IMG/VR virus record: IMGVR_UViG_3300031857_000168
Span: 1-62,900 of that record
DNA: 62,900 nt
Reading direction: 5' to 3' (one strand)
Origin: a virus
Lineage: Duplodnaviria; Caudoviricetes
Below, one piece after another: positions 1 through 8,626 of this stretch. A program made the position numbers and the translations under genes. Below the pieces are notes generated by a model. That model saw only the letters and a list, made by a program, of their open reading frames with translations, was not told the DNA's origin and made no database searches. Each line of letters begins with the position of its first letter. Positions within the stretch are counted from its first letter, which is position 1.

Positions 1-931
1 CAAGGTCGCCGACGAGAACCAATACAACCCGGTCGGGACTTGGATCATGAGTAAACCTTGGGACGGCACGTCAAGGCTGGAGGAGTTCTTCGACACCGTG
101 CAGTCCCCATCCCCACTGAAGAAAAAGCTGATGCGCAAGTGGCTGCTGCAAAGCGTGGCCGCAGCCATGTCGCCGGACGGTATCGCCGGGCAAGGGATTC
201 TGGTGTTCGTCGGACCGCAGAATATCGGCAAGACGACATGGTTTCAAAGACTGGCACCGACGGACCTTGACGTGATCATGACCGGGCACACGCTCGATTT
301 AAAAAGCAAAGACTCGACCTTCATCGCGCTGACCTACTGGATCGTGGAGTTGGGGGAGCTGGACGCGACATTCAAGAAGTCCGAGGTGTCGGCCATGAAG
401 GCGTTCGTCACGCAGCCGGTGGACAAGCTGAGGCGCCCATATGCGGCCGTCGAGTCGTCCTTCGGCCGGCGGACCGTGTTCGGCGGTTCGGTCAATGAGG
501 AACAGTTCCTGAACGACTCGACCGGGAACCGGCGGTACTTCACGATCCCCGTCGTGGGGTTCTCTTTCAATCACGGGATCGACATGCAGCAACTGTGGGC
601 CGAGGCCCTGCACCTGTGGCAAGGCGGGGAGGTGTTCTATCTGAACATGGACGAGGTCGCCGAGCTGAACGCCCATAACGAGTCGTTCTTGACCGTGGAC
701 CCGATCGAGGAGCGGGTGGCGGCAGGTTACGGGTGGGGTGATCACGTCACGATGTGGGACTGGATAACGGCCTCCGAAGCCCTGATTCGGGTGGGCGTGA
801 GAGAACCTACTAAGACGCAAACCATAACGGCGTCGGCGGCCCTGAGACGTTTGAACGGGGGTCAGCGCCGCCGTGCTAACGGTAAGACGCTGTTTGCGGT
901 GCCTTCTGGCACGAATGAGTTCTTGGAATGA
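1..931 (+). CDS. Primase/helicase, VapE(VirE)-like P-loop C-terminal part (5'-truncated copy of 55821-58148)
   Basis: GPQNIGKT Walker A, WIVELGELD, FLNDSTGNRRY; near-identical to the C-terminus of the full gene. Confidence 0.9.
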   Translation, partial: KVADENQYNPVGTWIMSKPWDGTSRLEEFFDTVQSPSPLKKKLMRKWLLQSVAAAMSPDGIAGQGILVFVGPQNIGKTTWFQRLAPTDLDVIMTGHTLDLKSKDSTFIALTYWIVELGELDATFKKSEVSAMKAFVTQPVDKLRRPYAAVESSFGRRTVFGGSVNEEQFLNDSTGNRRYFTIPVVGFSFNHGIDMQQLWAEALHLWQGGEVFYLNMDEVAELNAHNESFLTVDPIEERVAAGYGWGDHVTMWDWITASEALIRVGVREPTKTQTITASAALRRLNGGQRRRANGKTLFAVPSGTNEFLE

Positions 932-939
932 GTGTATTA

Positions 940-1170
940 GCGGGGGTAATGCACTGGGTAATGCACTGGGGTAATGCACTGGTCAAAAGCCGCATGAATA
1001 CTAGCTTTTTCTTACTTACAGTGTATTAGTGTAATACTTACTAATACAACTGTAGTAAAGGTATATAAATAAAAAAAGGGGTTTTACCTAGTAAAGGTAT
1101 AGGAATTCATATGCACTGCACTGCACTAATGCACTGTACTGCCCTAATGCACTGGCCAAATGCACTGGAG
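940..1170. repeat. Putative replication origin: (T/A)AATGCACTG iterons flanking an AT-rich core
   Basis: TAATGCACTGG at 947, 959, 972 and 1146, variants at 1111-1136 and 1158; TAGTAAAGGTATA twice; directly after the primase. Confidence 0.65.
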
Positions 1171-1175
1171 CTGGT

Positions 1176-1442
1176 ATGCGGGAGATAAGGGTCGAAGACC
1201 GGCTTAAGCAAAGAACAGAGGCCGCCGGAGGGATGTGTATCAAGCTTGTCATATTGGCTACAGCGGGGCTCCCCGACCGGCTGGTGCTTTTACCGGGAGA
1301 GAAGTTGATGTTTGTAGAAACGAAAGCCCCGAAGAGGGGGCCGACCGCCTTGCAGGAGTACATGCATCGCAAAATTAGGGCGTTGGGCTTTAAGGTCCAC
1401 GTCATCAATACCTTGGAGGGTGTCGATGCACTTTTCACCTGA
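1176..1442 (+). CDS. VRR-NUC domain nuclease
   Basis: GLPDRLVL..FVETKAP..PTALQ PD-(D/E)xK pattern; next to SNF2 helicase. Confidence 0.85.
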   Translation: MREIRVEDRLKQRTEAAGGMCIKLVILATAGLPDRLVLLPGEKLMFVETKAPKRGPTALQEYMHRKIRALGFKVHVINTLEGVDALFT

Positions 1443-2757
1443 ACCTTTTCAGCAGGCGGCGATCGACCGCATGTTGGGTATGGACTACCAGTTGCTGGCC
1501 CTGCGTATGGGTGGCGGCAAGACCGCGATCACCCTGACCGTGATTAATGAGTTGATGTTCAACCGGTTTGAGATCAGCAAGGTCTTAGTGGTCTGCCCGA
1601 AACGGGTGGCGGAGTTGGTCTGGCACACCGAGGCGGCGAAGTGGGACCACACGAAGCACCTGCGGGTGATCCGGGTTTTGGGTAGCCAGTATGAACGGAT
1701 CAAAGCCCTTGCATTGGCTGGCGAGGTTTACGTGATCAACCGGGAGAACTTTGTCTGGCTGGTCAATCTGTACAGGAACTCGAAAGCCCCTTGGCCATTT
1801 GATTGTGTGGTGATTGACGAGAACAGAGGTTTCAAGGACAGGACCAGCGAGAGCTGGAAGCATGTCAACAAGATCAGGTCGATGGTCAGCCGCATGTATC
1901 TACTGACCGGCACCCCGGCACCGAACACGTTGCTTGAGTTGTGGCCGCAGATCAGCATGCTGGACCGAGGGCAGAGGTTGGGCAAGACACTGGGCGGGTA
2001 TCGAGAGAAGTATTTTTTACCGGACAAACGAAACGGGAATGTGATTTACACGTGGCGCTTGCGGCAGGGTGCGGACAAGTTGATTTACAAACGGGTTGCT
2101 GACGTGATGTTCCACGTCGAGAGCGAGCATGAATTGCCGGAGCGGACTGACAACGTGATCAAAGTCAGTTTCGATATGAAGCGTTACAACGAGATCGAGG
2201 CGACGTACATCACAGGTTCCGTGGTTGCGGTGAACGCGGCCGTGCTGGCCGGCAAGCTGGCGCAGATGGCCAACGGCGCTGTGTACGATGATCAGGAAAA
2301 TGTTGTCTCGATACATGAAGCAAAGCTTGATGCATTGGGCGAGGTGTTGGACCAAGGTGAGCCGGTGCTTTGCTTTACGACGTACGTGCATGACCAGCAG
2401 AGGATCATGAAGCGTTTCCCCGAAGCGGTGAAGTTCGACGGCGAGAGAAGCATGAAGCTTTGGGCGCAGGGAAAGATCAAGCTTTTGTTGATGCACCCTG
2501 ATTCAGGTGGACATGGTGTGGATGGTTTGCAGGAGCACGGTAACGTGATCGTGTGGTTTGGTTTGCCATTCAGTCTGGACAAGTATGAGCAGGCCAGTGC
2601 AAGATTGCATCGCAAGGGACAAAAGAAGCCTGTCACAGTGCATCACATAGTGGCCGTCAATACAATCGACGAGCGGATTATGCAAGTGCTTGCGACCAAA
2701 GGCGACATGCAACAAGCACTGCTTGATGCAGTAAAACATTTACGGGAGAAGGCATGA
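1426..2757 (+). CDS. SNF2-family (SF2) helicase
   Basis: MGGGKT, VVIDE, LTGTP, QASARLHRKGQ motifs. Confidence 0.9.
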   Translation: MHFSPEPFQQAAIDRMLGMDYQLLALRMGGGKTAITLTVINELMFNRFEISKVLVVCPKRVAELVWHTEAAKWDHTKHLRVIRVLGSQYERIKALALAGEVYVINRENFVWLVNLYRNSKAPWPFDCVVIDENRGFKDRTSESWKHVNKIRSMVSRMYLLTGTPAPNTLLELWPQISMLDRGQRLGKTLGGYREKYFLPDKRNGNVIYTWRLRQGADKLIYKRVADVMFHVESEHELPERTDNVIKVSFDMKRYNEIEATYITGSVVAVNAAVLAGKLAQMANGAVYDDQENVVSIHEAKLDALGEVLDQGEPVLCFTTYVHDQQRIMKRFPEAVKFDGERSMKLWAQGKIKLLLMHPDSGGHGVDGLQEHGNVIVWFGLPFSLDKYEQASARLHRKGQKKPVTVHHIVAVNTIDERIMQVLATKGDMQQALLDAVKHLREKA

Positions 2758-3242
2758 GTTTGAATGAAAAGATATCGTCGGCACAGGCGTCAGACAATCT
2801 CAGGGAAGTGCCTGCAGAAGACATCGGGGACGTTGACATCATAAGGGCCTGCGGAATGGTAGGCGTGCAGATGCCGCTGGGGCTGGCGCTTTGGCGTTTG
2901 AAGTACAGCGCAGCGCACAGGGAGTTTCCTACCGTCGTTGATGGTTTGCTGACGATGGTGCTGTCAAGGTTTCATAACACGGACGGATTAAAGACCACAC
3001 ATAAGGTGATCAGGCATTGGTTAGATGATCTGTGCAAACATTGTAATGGGAGGGGTTACGAAGTGATACCCGGCACGCCCGTACTGGATCAAAAACATTG
3101 CGAGCCGTGTAGTGGACAGGGACGCGTCAAACTGCCGGAGCCGGATGCCGCGTCCCTTTGGTTGATGGAAGAGATTGCAAGGATGGAGCGAGAGGTTGCC
3201 GCCGCGATATCACGAAAGCTTAATTCTCGACTTGATCTTTGA
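2754..3242 (+). CDS. Putative Q-like antiterminator / late regulator with zinc finger
   Basis: Two CxxCxGxG motifs (CKHCNGRG, CEPCSGQG); last gene of the replication arm. Confidence 0.55.
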   Translation: MSLNEKISSAQASDNLREVPAEDIGDVDIIRACGMVGVQMPLGLALWRLKYSAAHREFPTVVDGLLTMVLSRFHNTDGLKTTHKVIRHWLDDLCKHCNGRGYEVIPGTPVLDQKHCEPCSGQGRVKLPEPDAASLWLMEEIARMEREVAAAISRKLNSRLDL

Positions 3243-3654
3243 GTACTTCCCGGTTGATGTAAAAGCCTTCCTGAACGACTTGATTGCAGCATGGACAGAT
3301 CAATCGTTCTTCACGTCTTTTCAGCGCACGGTGCACCGCTGACGCGTTGATACCAACTTCCTTTGCAGCAGCATAGGCGGTATACCCGTCTTTCAAAACG
3401 AGGTCTACCGCTTGCATGGTTTTGGACTTTGTCTCTGCGAACGGGTCGTCGCCGTCTTTCGCCCACACAGCAATAATATCGTCCGGCCAATCAAGCGGCC
3501 GCCCGGTGTAGGCGGCGGCTGATAGCTTGCCGGCGTTATTCCATGCCACCAAATATTTTAAGTCTTCACGCATGACCATCGTCTGCAGTTTGTAACGAAC
3601 AGCTTCTGACCATGCATAGTCTTCGGTGAACGCTCTGAAGTTGACGAGTTTCAT
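3220..3654 (-). CDS. Hypothetical protein with C-terminal HTH and CPCC
   Basis: TAYAAAKEVGINASAVHRAL helix-turn-helix; start chosen to match the allele at 60437-60871. Confidence 0.7.
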   Translation of the reverse strand: MKLVNFRAFTEDYAWSEAVRYKLQTMVMREDLKYLVAWNNAGKLSAAAYTGRPLDWPDDIIAVWAKDGDDPFAETKSKTMQAVDLVLKDGYTAYAAAKEVGINASAVHRALKRREERLICPCCNQVVQEGFYINREVLKDQVEN

Positions 3655-3887
3655 AGCGGCCCTTCTTCCAAAGGTATCGGCCGCAAGCTCACAGCGTTTT
3701 GAATTACAAACGCAAGTTGCGAGAGTTCTTGACGGGTCAACGTCAAGTCGAGCTTTCGCTGCAACCCGTTGCGGTCTTTCGCACCCCACCACTGGGATTC
3801 GATTAGCAGGTTGTAGTGCCCGCCGGGTATCGGCTTGGCGGTGAAATGCAGCAAGTAGTCTTCTGCAGGTTGAACAGTGATTGTCAT
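3651..3887 (-). CDS. Hypothetical protein
   Basis: GGAGG SD, overlapping start/stop, conserved in second copy. Confidence 0.7.
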   Translation of the reverse strand: MTITVQPAEDYLLHFTAKPIPGGHYNLLIESQWWGAKDRNGLQRKLDLTLTRQELSQLAFVIQNAVSLRPIPLEEGPL

Positions 3888-3973
3888 TACGGCCTCCATA
3901 GGAACAAATCAAGGGCGCCCACAATCAGGGCGGCTATGTATACAACGGTGAATACAAAAGTTTCTAGTTTCAT
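3887..3973 (-). CDS. 28-aa membrane peptide (MKLETFVFTVVYIAALIVGALDLFLWRP)
   Basis: Translated by hand; coupled to both neighbours; intact in second copy (61424-61510). Confidence 0.65.
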   Translation of the reverse strand: MKLETFVFTVVYIAALIVGALDLFLWRP

Positions 3974-4251
3974 GTGATGTCTTCCAATGCGATTGTGGGG
4001 AACACCAAATCCAATACGACGTCTGGGTCGTAGTAGCTCCACAGGTTTTTATCCGAGGACCCTTTCCAATCCCATATAGCGCACTTGTGGCCGTTGATTT
4101 TGAAAGCCCAGCTGTGCGTCACTTTGTCTGGATCGTCTTTGACATTCGGTTCAAAGCCTAGTCTTTCCACTATGTCTTTGTAGCTTGCCTTCAACACGCC
4201 TTGCTTGTATGAAGGTACGTAATCAATGCGTTCAATTTTTACGGCTACCAT
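3970..4251 (-). CDS. Hypothetical protein
   Basis: GGAGG SD; conserved in second copy with mostly silent changes. Confidence 0.75.
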   Translation of the reverse strand: MVAVKIERIDYVPSYKQGVLKASYKDIVERLGFEPNVKDDPDKVTHSWAFKINGHKCAIWDWKGSSDKNLWSYYDPDVVLDLVFPTIALEDIT

Positions 4252-4403
4252 AAAGCCTCCCCATGAGTTTCAGTTGTTGGCGCCTGTTTACGTTTTACAG
4301 GCACAAGTCTTGTGACAAACGGCCTGCCTGCCGCCGGCGGGTAGTCCCGCCAACAACAGACAAGGCCGTCGTCGTCTAACCAACCGTATTGCAGGCGGGT
4401 CAT
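4245..4403 (-). CDS. 52-aa hypothetical protein (MTRLQYGWLDDDG...GEALW)
   Basis: Translated by hand; fills the gap with ATGA overlap; conserved in second copy. Confidence 0.6.
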   Translation of the reverse strand: MTRLQYGWLDDDGLVCCWRDYPPAAGRPFVTRLVPVKRKQAPTTETHGEALW

Positions 4404-4705
4404 GTTGCGGCCATGTCATTGGCCCATTCAATACCGTTGCGTTCAGCAACGTAATCAAGACTGCCTGCAGCACCGGGCCGCACGTCGTCCCGGCTTGGTA
4501 TCGTGGTGCCCCAATAATCGACAGCACGTTCTTTACCGAGCAGGCAGTAGCCGTTCTTTATGGCGGCCATCATTTCGCGGCCATAACTGCCCTGCAGTTT
4601 CCACGCAACGCCGCTGTTGATGGCGGCCTGCACTACGTTGTAGTAGCTGAACTTGTCCAGTTCTACGTCGCCTTCCAAGGCGTCAATCAAGTCAAGGTCA
4701 ATCAT
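4400..4705 (-). CDS. Hypothetical protein
   Basis: AGGAG SD; AWKLQGSYGR motif; conserved in second copy. Confidence 0.75.
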   Translation of the reverse strand: MIDLDLIDALEGDVELDKFSYYNVVQAAINSGVAWKLQGSYGREMMAAIKNGYCLLGKERAVDYWGTTIPSRDDVRPGAAGSLDYVAERNGIEWANDMAAT

Positions 4706-4714
4706 GGTGTTCTC

Positions 4715-4930
4715 CTAGTAAACAAGTGGCTGGCCGGTGTCTTCGATGTACTGCAGCCAACGAAACACGTCAGCTACAGCAATCCAATCACCGCGAGACC
4801 CGTCCGACTGAACGGGCGCAAACTTAGGTGAGAGCAGATGTTCGCGGAACTCTTGGATGCGTTCGGCGCGAGTGATGATCGCGTCCGTTAGTTCCGCCTT
4901 ATCGACTTCAAGCTGTTTGATGTAGTTCAT
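4715..4930 (-). CDS. Hypothetical protein (MNYIKQ...)
   Basis: ATGA overlap with upstream gene; conserved in second copy. Confidence 0.65.
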   Translation of the reverse strand: MNYIKQLEVDKAELTDAIITRAERIQEFREHLLSPKFAPVQSDGSRGDWIAVADVFRWLQYIEDTGQPLVY

Positions 4931-5226
4931 GACGTCTTCCTTGAAGTCACGCGAACGGTGTAGTAAGGATCGCCGACCGAGGTGTTGGCCGTGATCAGTT
5001 GACGTGATGGACTGAACTTCATCGCGATCGTTTTCCAGTCGATGAAAGTCTTGCCGCTGCATTCGCTGACGCTGGCTCTGTGCAACAGGCCATCAACCGA
5101 AGCCAGACCGCTGTCGATCAGCAGGCCCTTGAGTTCAGTTTCTTCTTTTTGCAAGTCAGCGATTTGCTGCTTGACGATTGCCAGACGGTCTACGATGCCG
5201 CCGAGGGTTTTGTCGTTTGCTTTCAT
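4927..5226 (-). CDS. Hypothetical coiled-coil phage protein
   Basis: AGGGG SD; conserved in second copy. Confidence 0.7.
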   Translation of the reverse strand: MKANDKTLGGIVDRLAIVKQQIADLQKEETELKGLLIDSGLASVDGLLHRASVSECSGKTFIDWKTIAMKFSPSRQLITANTSVGDPYYTVRVTSRKTS

Positions 5227-5281
5227 GTTGAACCCCTACTAAGTGGATACCGCCGGCCGGGCGGTGCGGTGCTACAAACGC

Positions 5282-5311
5282 ATTATATGTGACAGTGACT
5301 ATCATTGTCAC
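5282..5311 (-). promoter_or_regulatory. Sigma70-like leftward promoter overlapping a GTGACA inverted repeat
   Basis: Minus strand GTGACA-18nt-TATAAT; GTGACAGTGA..TCATTGTCAC palindrome. Confidence 0.5.
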
Positions 5312-5331
5312 TATCTAACTGCACTGCAGAA

Positions 5332-5347
5332 GGCACCCGAGGGTGCC
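5332..5347 (-). terminator. GC hairpin after DUF932 gene
   Basis: GGCACCC-GA-GGGTGCC; short U tail on minus strand. Confidence 0.4.
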
Positions 5348-5360
5348 CTCCACGCTACAG

Positions 5361-6329
5361 TCAGGCAGCCAGCAAGAGGCTTGCGGCTTTCTGCTTCAGA
5401 TCAGCACCAGCGCCCCACTGTGAGGACACGAAGCGGTTCTGATCGCTACGGGCACGGACGTGGTGATCAGCGTACTCAGTGACTGCATTGAGCAGGCCCC
5501 AAGCTGTACCGAACACGCCGTCGTTCGTGGCACCCATGCCGGAGCCGTTGAACAGGTCCAGAATTTTCGTGAACCCGGCAGACTCGCGAACCTTCTCGCC
5601 GCCACCCAGAAGCTTGGCAACGAAGTCGCCGGCCTCTTCTTCGTGAACCGCGACGTTTGCAAGACGCGTCACGTTGTGGCGGAAGGCTTCCCATGCCGCT
5701 TCGTTCAGGCCCATGAACTCCTTGACCTGATCAGGGCTGAACACCGAACGGTGAGAGACCTTGACCGAAGCCTTGGCATCAGCGAACGCCATGGCCAGCG
5801 TGTTCTTGCAGACTGTACGTACCGTGGTGCGGCGCACCTCAGTAGCCAAGCTGCCGTCGGCACTGGTCGAGATCAGCAGGTAGCCGCCGATCGTGTCGGT
5901 GATCGACGTGGGTGACGCTTCGCCGATCTTCGCTGTTGCCCAGAAACGCTTGCCGCCGTAGATCGTGCCGGCTGCAGACAGTTCCAAGCCACCGGCCTTG
6001 GCGATGTCGCGGAAGAACTCCAAGACTTCACCGGGCTGGACCACCTGATAACGCTTGGACACAACACCGAGCGCGTCGTTGTTGTCGCTGCGGAACAGGA
6101 CGTGCTGGTCAGGCAGCTTGATCAAGCTGTCGGTCGATGCGTCGCGTGAGACTGCGTAGCGAATCTCGCTGCGGCGAATTCTCCAGTCCATCCCTGCGGC
6201 AACGCGCCATGTATCGAGGTCGGTACCGTCAGCCAGTGCTTGGCCAAGACCGTGCCACGGTGTGCCGTCCGAAGCCAGATAAGCAAATTCGACGCGGCCA
6301 TCAGCGTGGGTAGTGAGTTCGTGTGACAT
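5361..6329 (-). CDS. DUF932 (LGT_TIGR03299-like) phage/plasmid protein
   Basis: PWHGLG, LGVVSKRYQVVQ, RTVCKNTL, GTAWGLLNAVTEYADH motifs. Confidence 0.85.
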   Translation of the reverse strand: MSHELTTHADGRVEFAYLASDGTPWHGLGQALADGTDLDTWRVAAGMDWRIRRSEIRYAVSRDASTDSLIKLPDQHVLFRSDNNDALGVVSKRYQVVQPGEVLEFFRDIAKAGGLELSAAGTIYGGKRFWATAKIGEASPTSITDTIGGYLLISTSADGSLATEVRRTTVRTVCKNTLAMAFADAKASVKVSHRSVFSPDQVKEFMGLNEAAWEAFRHNVTRLANVAVHEEEAGDFVAKLLGGGEKVRESAGFTKILDLFNGSGMGATNDGVFGTAWGLLNAVTEYADHHVRARSDQNRFVSSQWGAGADLKQKAASLLLAA

Positions 6330-6373
6330 GTGTATCTCCTAAGTGATTACTGCCATCCGGGCAGCACGGGTTT

Positions 6374-6427
6374 CCTAGACCGTCCGGGGGACGGTTTCGA
6401 CCGGTACCACCCGGTCTCATCAGTAGG
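6374..6427 (-). ncRNA. Type I hammerhead ribozyme
   Basis: Minus strand CCUA-CUGAUGA-GACCGG(GUGGUA)CCGGUC-GAAA-CCGUCC(CCC)GGACGG-UC-UAGG: complete core, three perfect stems. Confidence 0.92.
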
Positions 6428-6614
6428 GGTCGCAAAACGAACAACCAACCTCACCGCATTTCCGTTCAATCGCGGTGTAAGCCCGAGCAAACGACTCGGC
6501 CTCGGCCTCGGTGGTGCAGCGTTCGAGCGTAGTGCCTCTGCCGCCCCGCCACTCGACCACGGCCCAAAAGGGCCGGCAGTCTTCGTCGTCGTAGTATTCG
6601 ACGGTGTATCTCAT
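6420..6614 (-). CDS. Hypothetical protein
   Basis: GGAGG SD; its stop codon lies in the ribozyme core. Confidence 0.65.
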   Translation of the reverse strand: MRYTVEYYDDEDCRPFWAVVEWRGGRGTTLERCTTEAEAESFARAYTAIERKCGEVGCSFCDPY

Positions 6615-6871
6615 ACGACCTCCGCAACAGGGTAAAGGTTTGAGCTTGTGCCGATCAGTTCGCCTTCCATCACTTTGAACAACAGATACTTGGCACGGTT
6701 GAGCGTTTTCCGAGCGCCTTCGACATCGTCGAACGCCATCTGTTCTTGGGCGTCTGACATCAGGCCGGCGATGATCATGTTTGCGCCAGACAGTTTGTAA
6801 CTGACGCAGCTAGTCACTGAATCAACGAACTTGGCCATGTCGCAGCCATACACTTGCATGTCCCTATTCAT
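6611..6871 (-). CDS. Hypothetical protein
   Basis: GAGGAGG SD, ATGA overlaps. Confidence 0.7.
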   Translation of the reverse strand: MNRDMQVYGCDMAKFVDSVTSCVSYKLSGANMIIAGLMSDAQEQMAFDDVEGARKTLNRAKYLLFKVMEGELIGTSSNLYPVAEVV

Positions 6872-7047
6872 ATAACCTCCTCAATAGGTGCGAAAGCCAC
6901 GGTGTAGCCAAGGTCCTTGATCTTGTTAAGAACAGGCCGGGTCAGTGTCTTGGTGTTAGCGATGGCGGCGAACAGCTTTGCTTTCTCACAGACCGGGTAA
7001 TACTTGGTCTCGCCGTACACATCTTTGCGGCTGATGATGATTTCCAT
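6868..7047 (-). CDS. Hypothetical protein (MEIIISRKDVYG...YPVC)
   Basis: GAGGGG SD; first gene of the leftward early arm. Confidence 0.65.
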   Translation of the reverse strand: MEIIISRKDVYGETKYYPVCEKAKLFAAIANTKTLTRPVLNKIKDLGYTVAFAPIEEVI

Positions 7048-7090
7048 AATGAACCCCCTCGTTTGGTCAGGCACTTGTCGGCAGCCTGTT

Positions 7091-7250
7091 ACGCCGCGAA
7101 AAGCCAGCACGCTGGCCTTTCGATCGCTTCGCACTCGCTGCACTTGCGGTACAGGTCCAAGCGGTCTGCCGGTGGTTCCTTGTGTTCATCACACCTAGAT
7201 CAGAACTCCGGTGGTTCCCTTTTTCTATCCCGCTGGTTCCTTCGCGGCGC
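7091..7250 (-). ncRNA. Candidate structured leader/sRNA with three GGAACCA(C/G)CGG repeats
   Basis: Ends pair (CGCCGCGAA / TTCGCGGCG); three internal repeats; starts just after a promoter. Confidence 0.45.
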
Positions 7251-7276
7251 TACTGAATGCATCTACTACAGTTCCA

Positions 7277-7305
7277 ATGGTAGTGACAGTGACAGGCTGT
7301 GTCAA
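7277..7305 (-). promoter_or_regulatory. Sigma70 early leftward promoter
   Basis: TTGACA-17nt-TACCAT on minus strand; spacer contains GTCACTGTCAC shared with the 5.3 kb promoter. Confidence 0.65.
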
Positions 7306-7392
7306 CTACTATTTCACATGTTGTTAAAAAACAACAACAGCTGTTTGTTTGACCCGCGTTTTTTGGGCCAAAAAATTTTTGAAAATCACCGC

Positions 7393-7492
7393 TTGACATG
7401 CAAAAACGAAAAGACTAGACTTTTTGCGGGACCTTGCGCCCAAAATTTCTTTGCAAAACCACTGAAAAGCCGCTCAACCGTAGCGGCTTTTT
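7393..7492 (+). promoter_or_regulatory. Late promoter 1 + GGGACCTTGCGCCC box + intrinsic terminator
   Basis: TTGACA-17-TAGACT; box 7428-7441; AAAAGCCGCT..AGCGGCTTTTT hairpin. Confidence 0.75.
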
Positions 7493-7505
7493 GCTTTTGG
7501 GAGCC

Positions 7506-7760
7506 ATGATGGAACGGATCACAATCGAAGTTGCTGACGATGGTCGCGTGACCGTCACGGCTGAGAGCCCCGGCGAAGCCGGAGACGAAATGGAAACGAT
7601 GGACTTTGACTCAGTCGAAGAAGCGGTTGGCGCTGTGCGTGAACTGATGACCGACGCAGTCGAAGACGCTGGCGAGATGGAAGGCGGCGAGCCTGACATG
7701 GAAACCATGTGGAACGAAGAGGCATCAAAGCGTCCGCCTCAATCAAACCTTATGACCTGA
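7506..7760 (+). CDS. Acidic hypothetical protein
   Basis: GGGAG SD; first late gene. Confidence 0.65.
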   Translation: MMERITIEVADDGRVTVTAESPGEAGDEMETMDFDSVEEAVGAVRELMTDAVEDAGEMEGGEPDMETMWNEEASKRPPQSNLMT

Positions 7761-7774
7761 CCAAGGAGAACACC

Positions 7775-8014
7775 ATGCAAGATTATTCAAATCCAAAAAG
7801 CCGCAACGAAATGCGTGCTGTTGGCGAGAAGCTGAAGTCCGGCGCGCCAATCGGCGGTGGCGGTAACCAAAACCAAGGTAAGGGCGAACTGCCTGCCAAA
7901 GTGTCGGTGCCTATGCCCGGCACGAACGCAACGCAGCCCCCGTACAAAGGCGGCATGAAAAAGAACGTGCCCGGTTTTGGCGGCGGTGTGATCGAAGGCA
8001 AGATCAACGTCTAA
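7775..8014 (+). CDS. Gly/Pro-rich hypothetical protein
   Basis: AAGGAG SD. Confidence 0.65.
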   Translation: MQDYSNPKSRNEMRAVGEKLKSGAPIGGGGNQNQGKGELPAKVSVPMPGTNATQPPYKGGMKKNVPGFGGGVIEGKINV

Positions 8015-8196
8015 TGCCTAGCACATCTGCCAAGCAGGCCCGTCTCATGGCGGCCGCTGCGCACAATCCTGAGTTTGCCAAAAAGGTGGGCGTGCCACAA
8101 AAAGTGGCGCAGGATTTCAACGCGGCCGACAAGGGCGGCGGGCTTTTACGGAGCGCGATGCAAGATGGCCAGAAAAAAAGACGCGGCAAGGCTTGA
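8014..8196 (+). CDS. Small basic phage protein (MPSTSAKQARLMAAAAHNP...)
   Basis: TAATG coupling; motif familiar from podovirus head modules. Confidence 0.7.
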   Translation: MPSTSAKQARLMAAAAHNPEFAKKVGVPQKVAQDFNAADKGGGLLRSAMQDGQKKRRGKA

Positions 8197-8626
8197 CGAG
8201 TTGAACGGTGCACCACCGAAGCTGGCTTCGTCTGCAGACCTGCAGGCTGCCGGCCCCAAGGGCAACCGTCGTCACGCCATCGAGTCCAGCACTGGCAACA
8301 AACATCCGCTAAAGATCAATCTCAAAGCAGTCTCCGAGGCTCTGGTGGAAGAGGGGCTCGATCCAGCGATCGAGTTCGCGCGCATTCTCAAAGGGCGCCC
8401 CCTTTTCGATGAGGACGGCAACCCGATAATTGACCCTGCCACAGGGCAACCGTTGCGCCGATACGCGATCGACGAAGATGTTCGAGCGCGCATGCTGTCA
8501 GAGATTTTGCAATACACGCAGCCGAAGCTGAAGGCAGTTGAAGTCAAGCTGTCCGGCAGTCTGGAGTTGACTAGCGAACAGCTGGACCAGCGACTGGGCG
8601 CGCTACTGCAAAAGGCGATGAAGTGA
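8165..8626 (+). CDS. Putative terminase small subunit
   Basis: Immediately before TerL; LQYTQPKLKAVEV motif. Confidence 0.6.
   Translation: MARKKDAARLDELNGAPPKLASSADLQAAGPKGNRRHAIESSTGNKHPLKINLKAVSEALVEEGLDPAIEFARILKGRPLFDEDGNPIIDPATGQPLRRYAIDEDVRARMLSEILQYTQPKLKAVEVKLSGSLELTSEQLDQRLGALLQKAMK

Larger units (their letters stand above)
1..5157. repeat. Left copy of a long imperfect direct (terminal) repeat; pairs with 57218-62900
   Basis: Window start caaggtcgccgacgagaacc recurs at 57218; window end ...tttgcaagtc matches 5157; same gene order in both copies with scattered SNPs. Confidence 0.97.

Noticed and set aside
940-1170. TAATGCACTG repeats as a CRISPR array
   Set aside because: Units are ~11 nt with 1-2 nt gaps or irregular spacing, no unique 30-40 nt spacers and no cas operon (DUF2800 is a replication-module nuclease)
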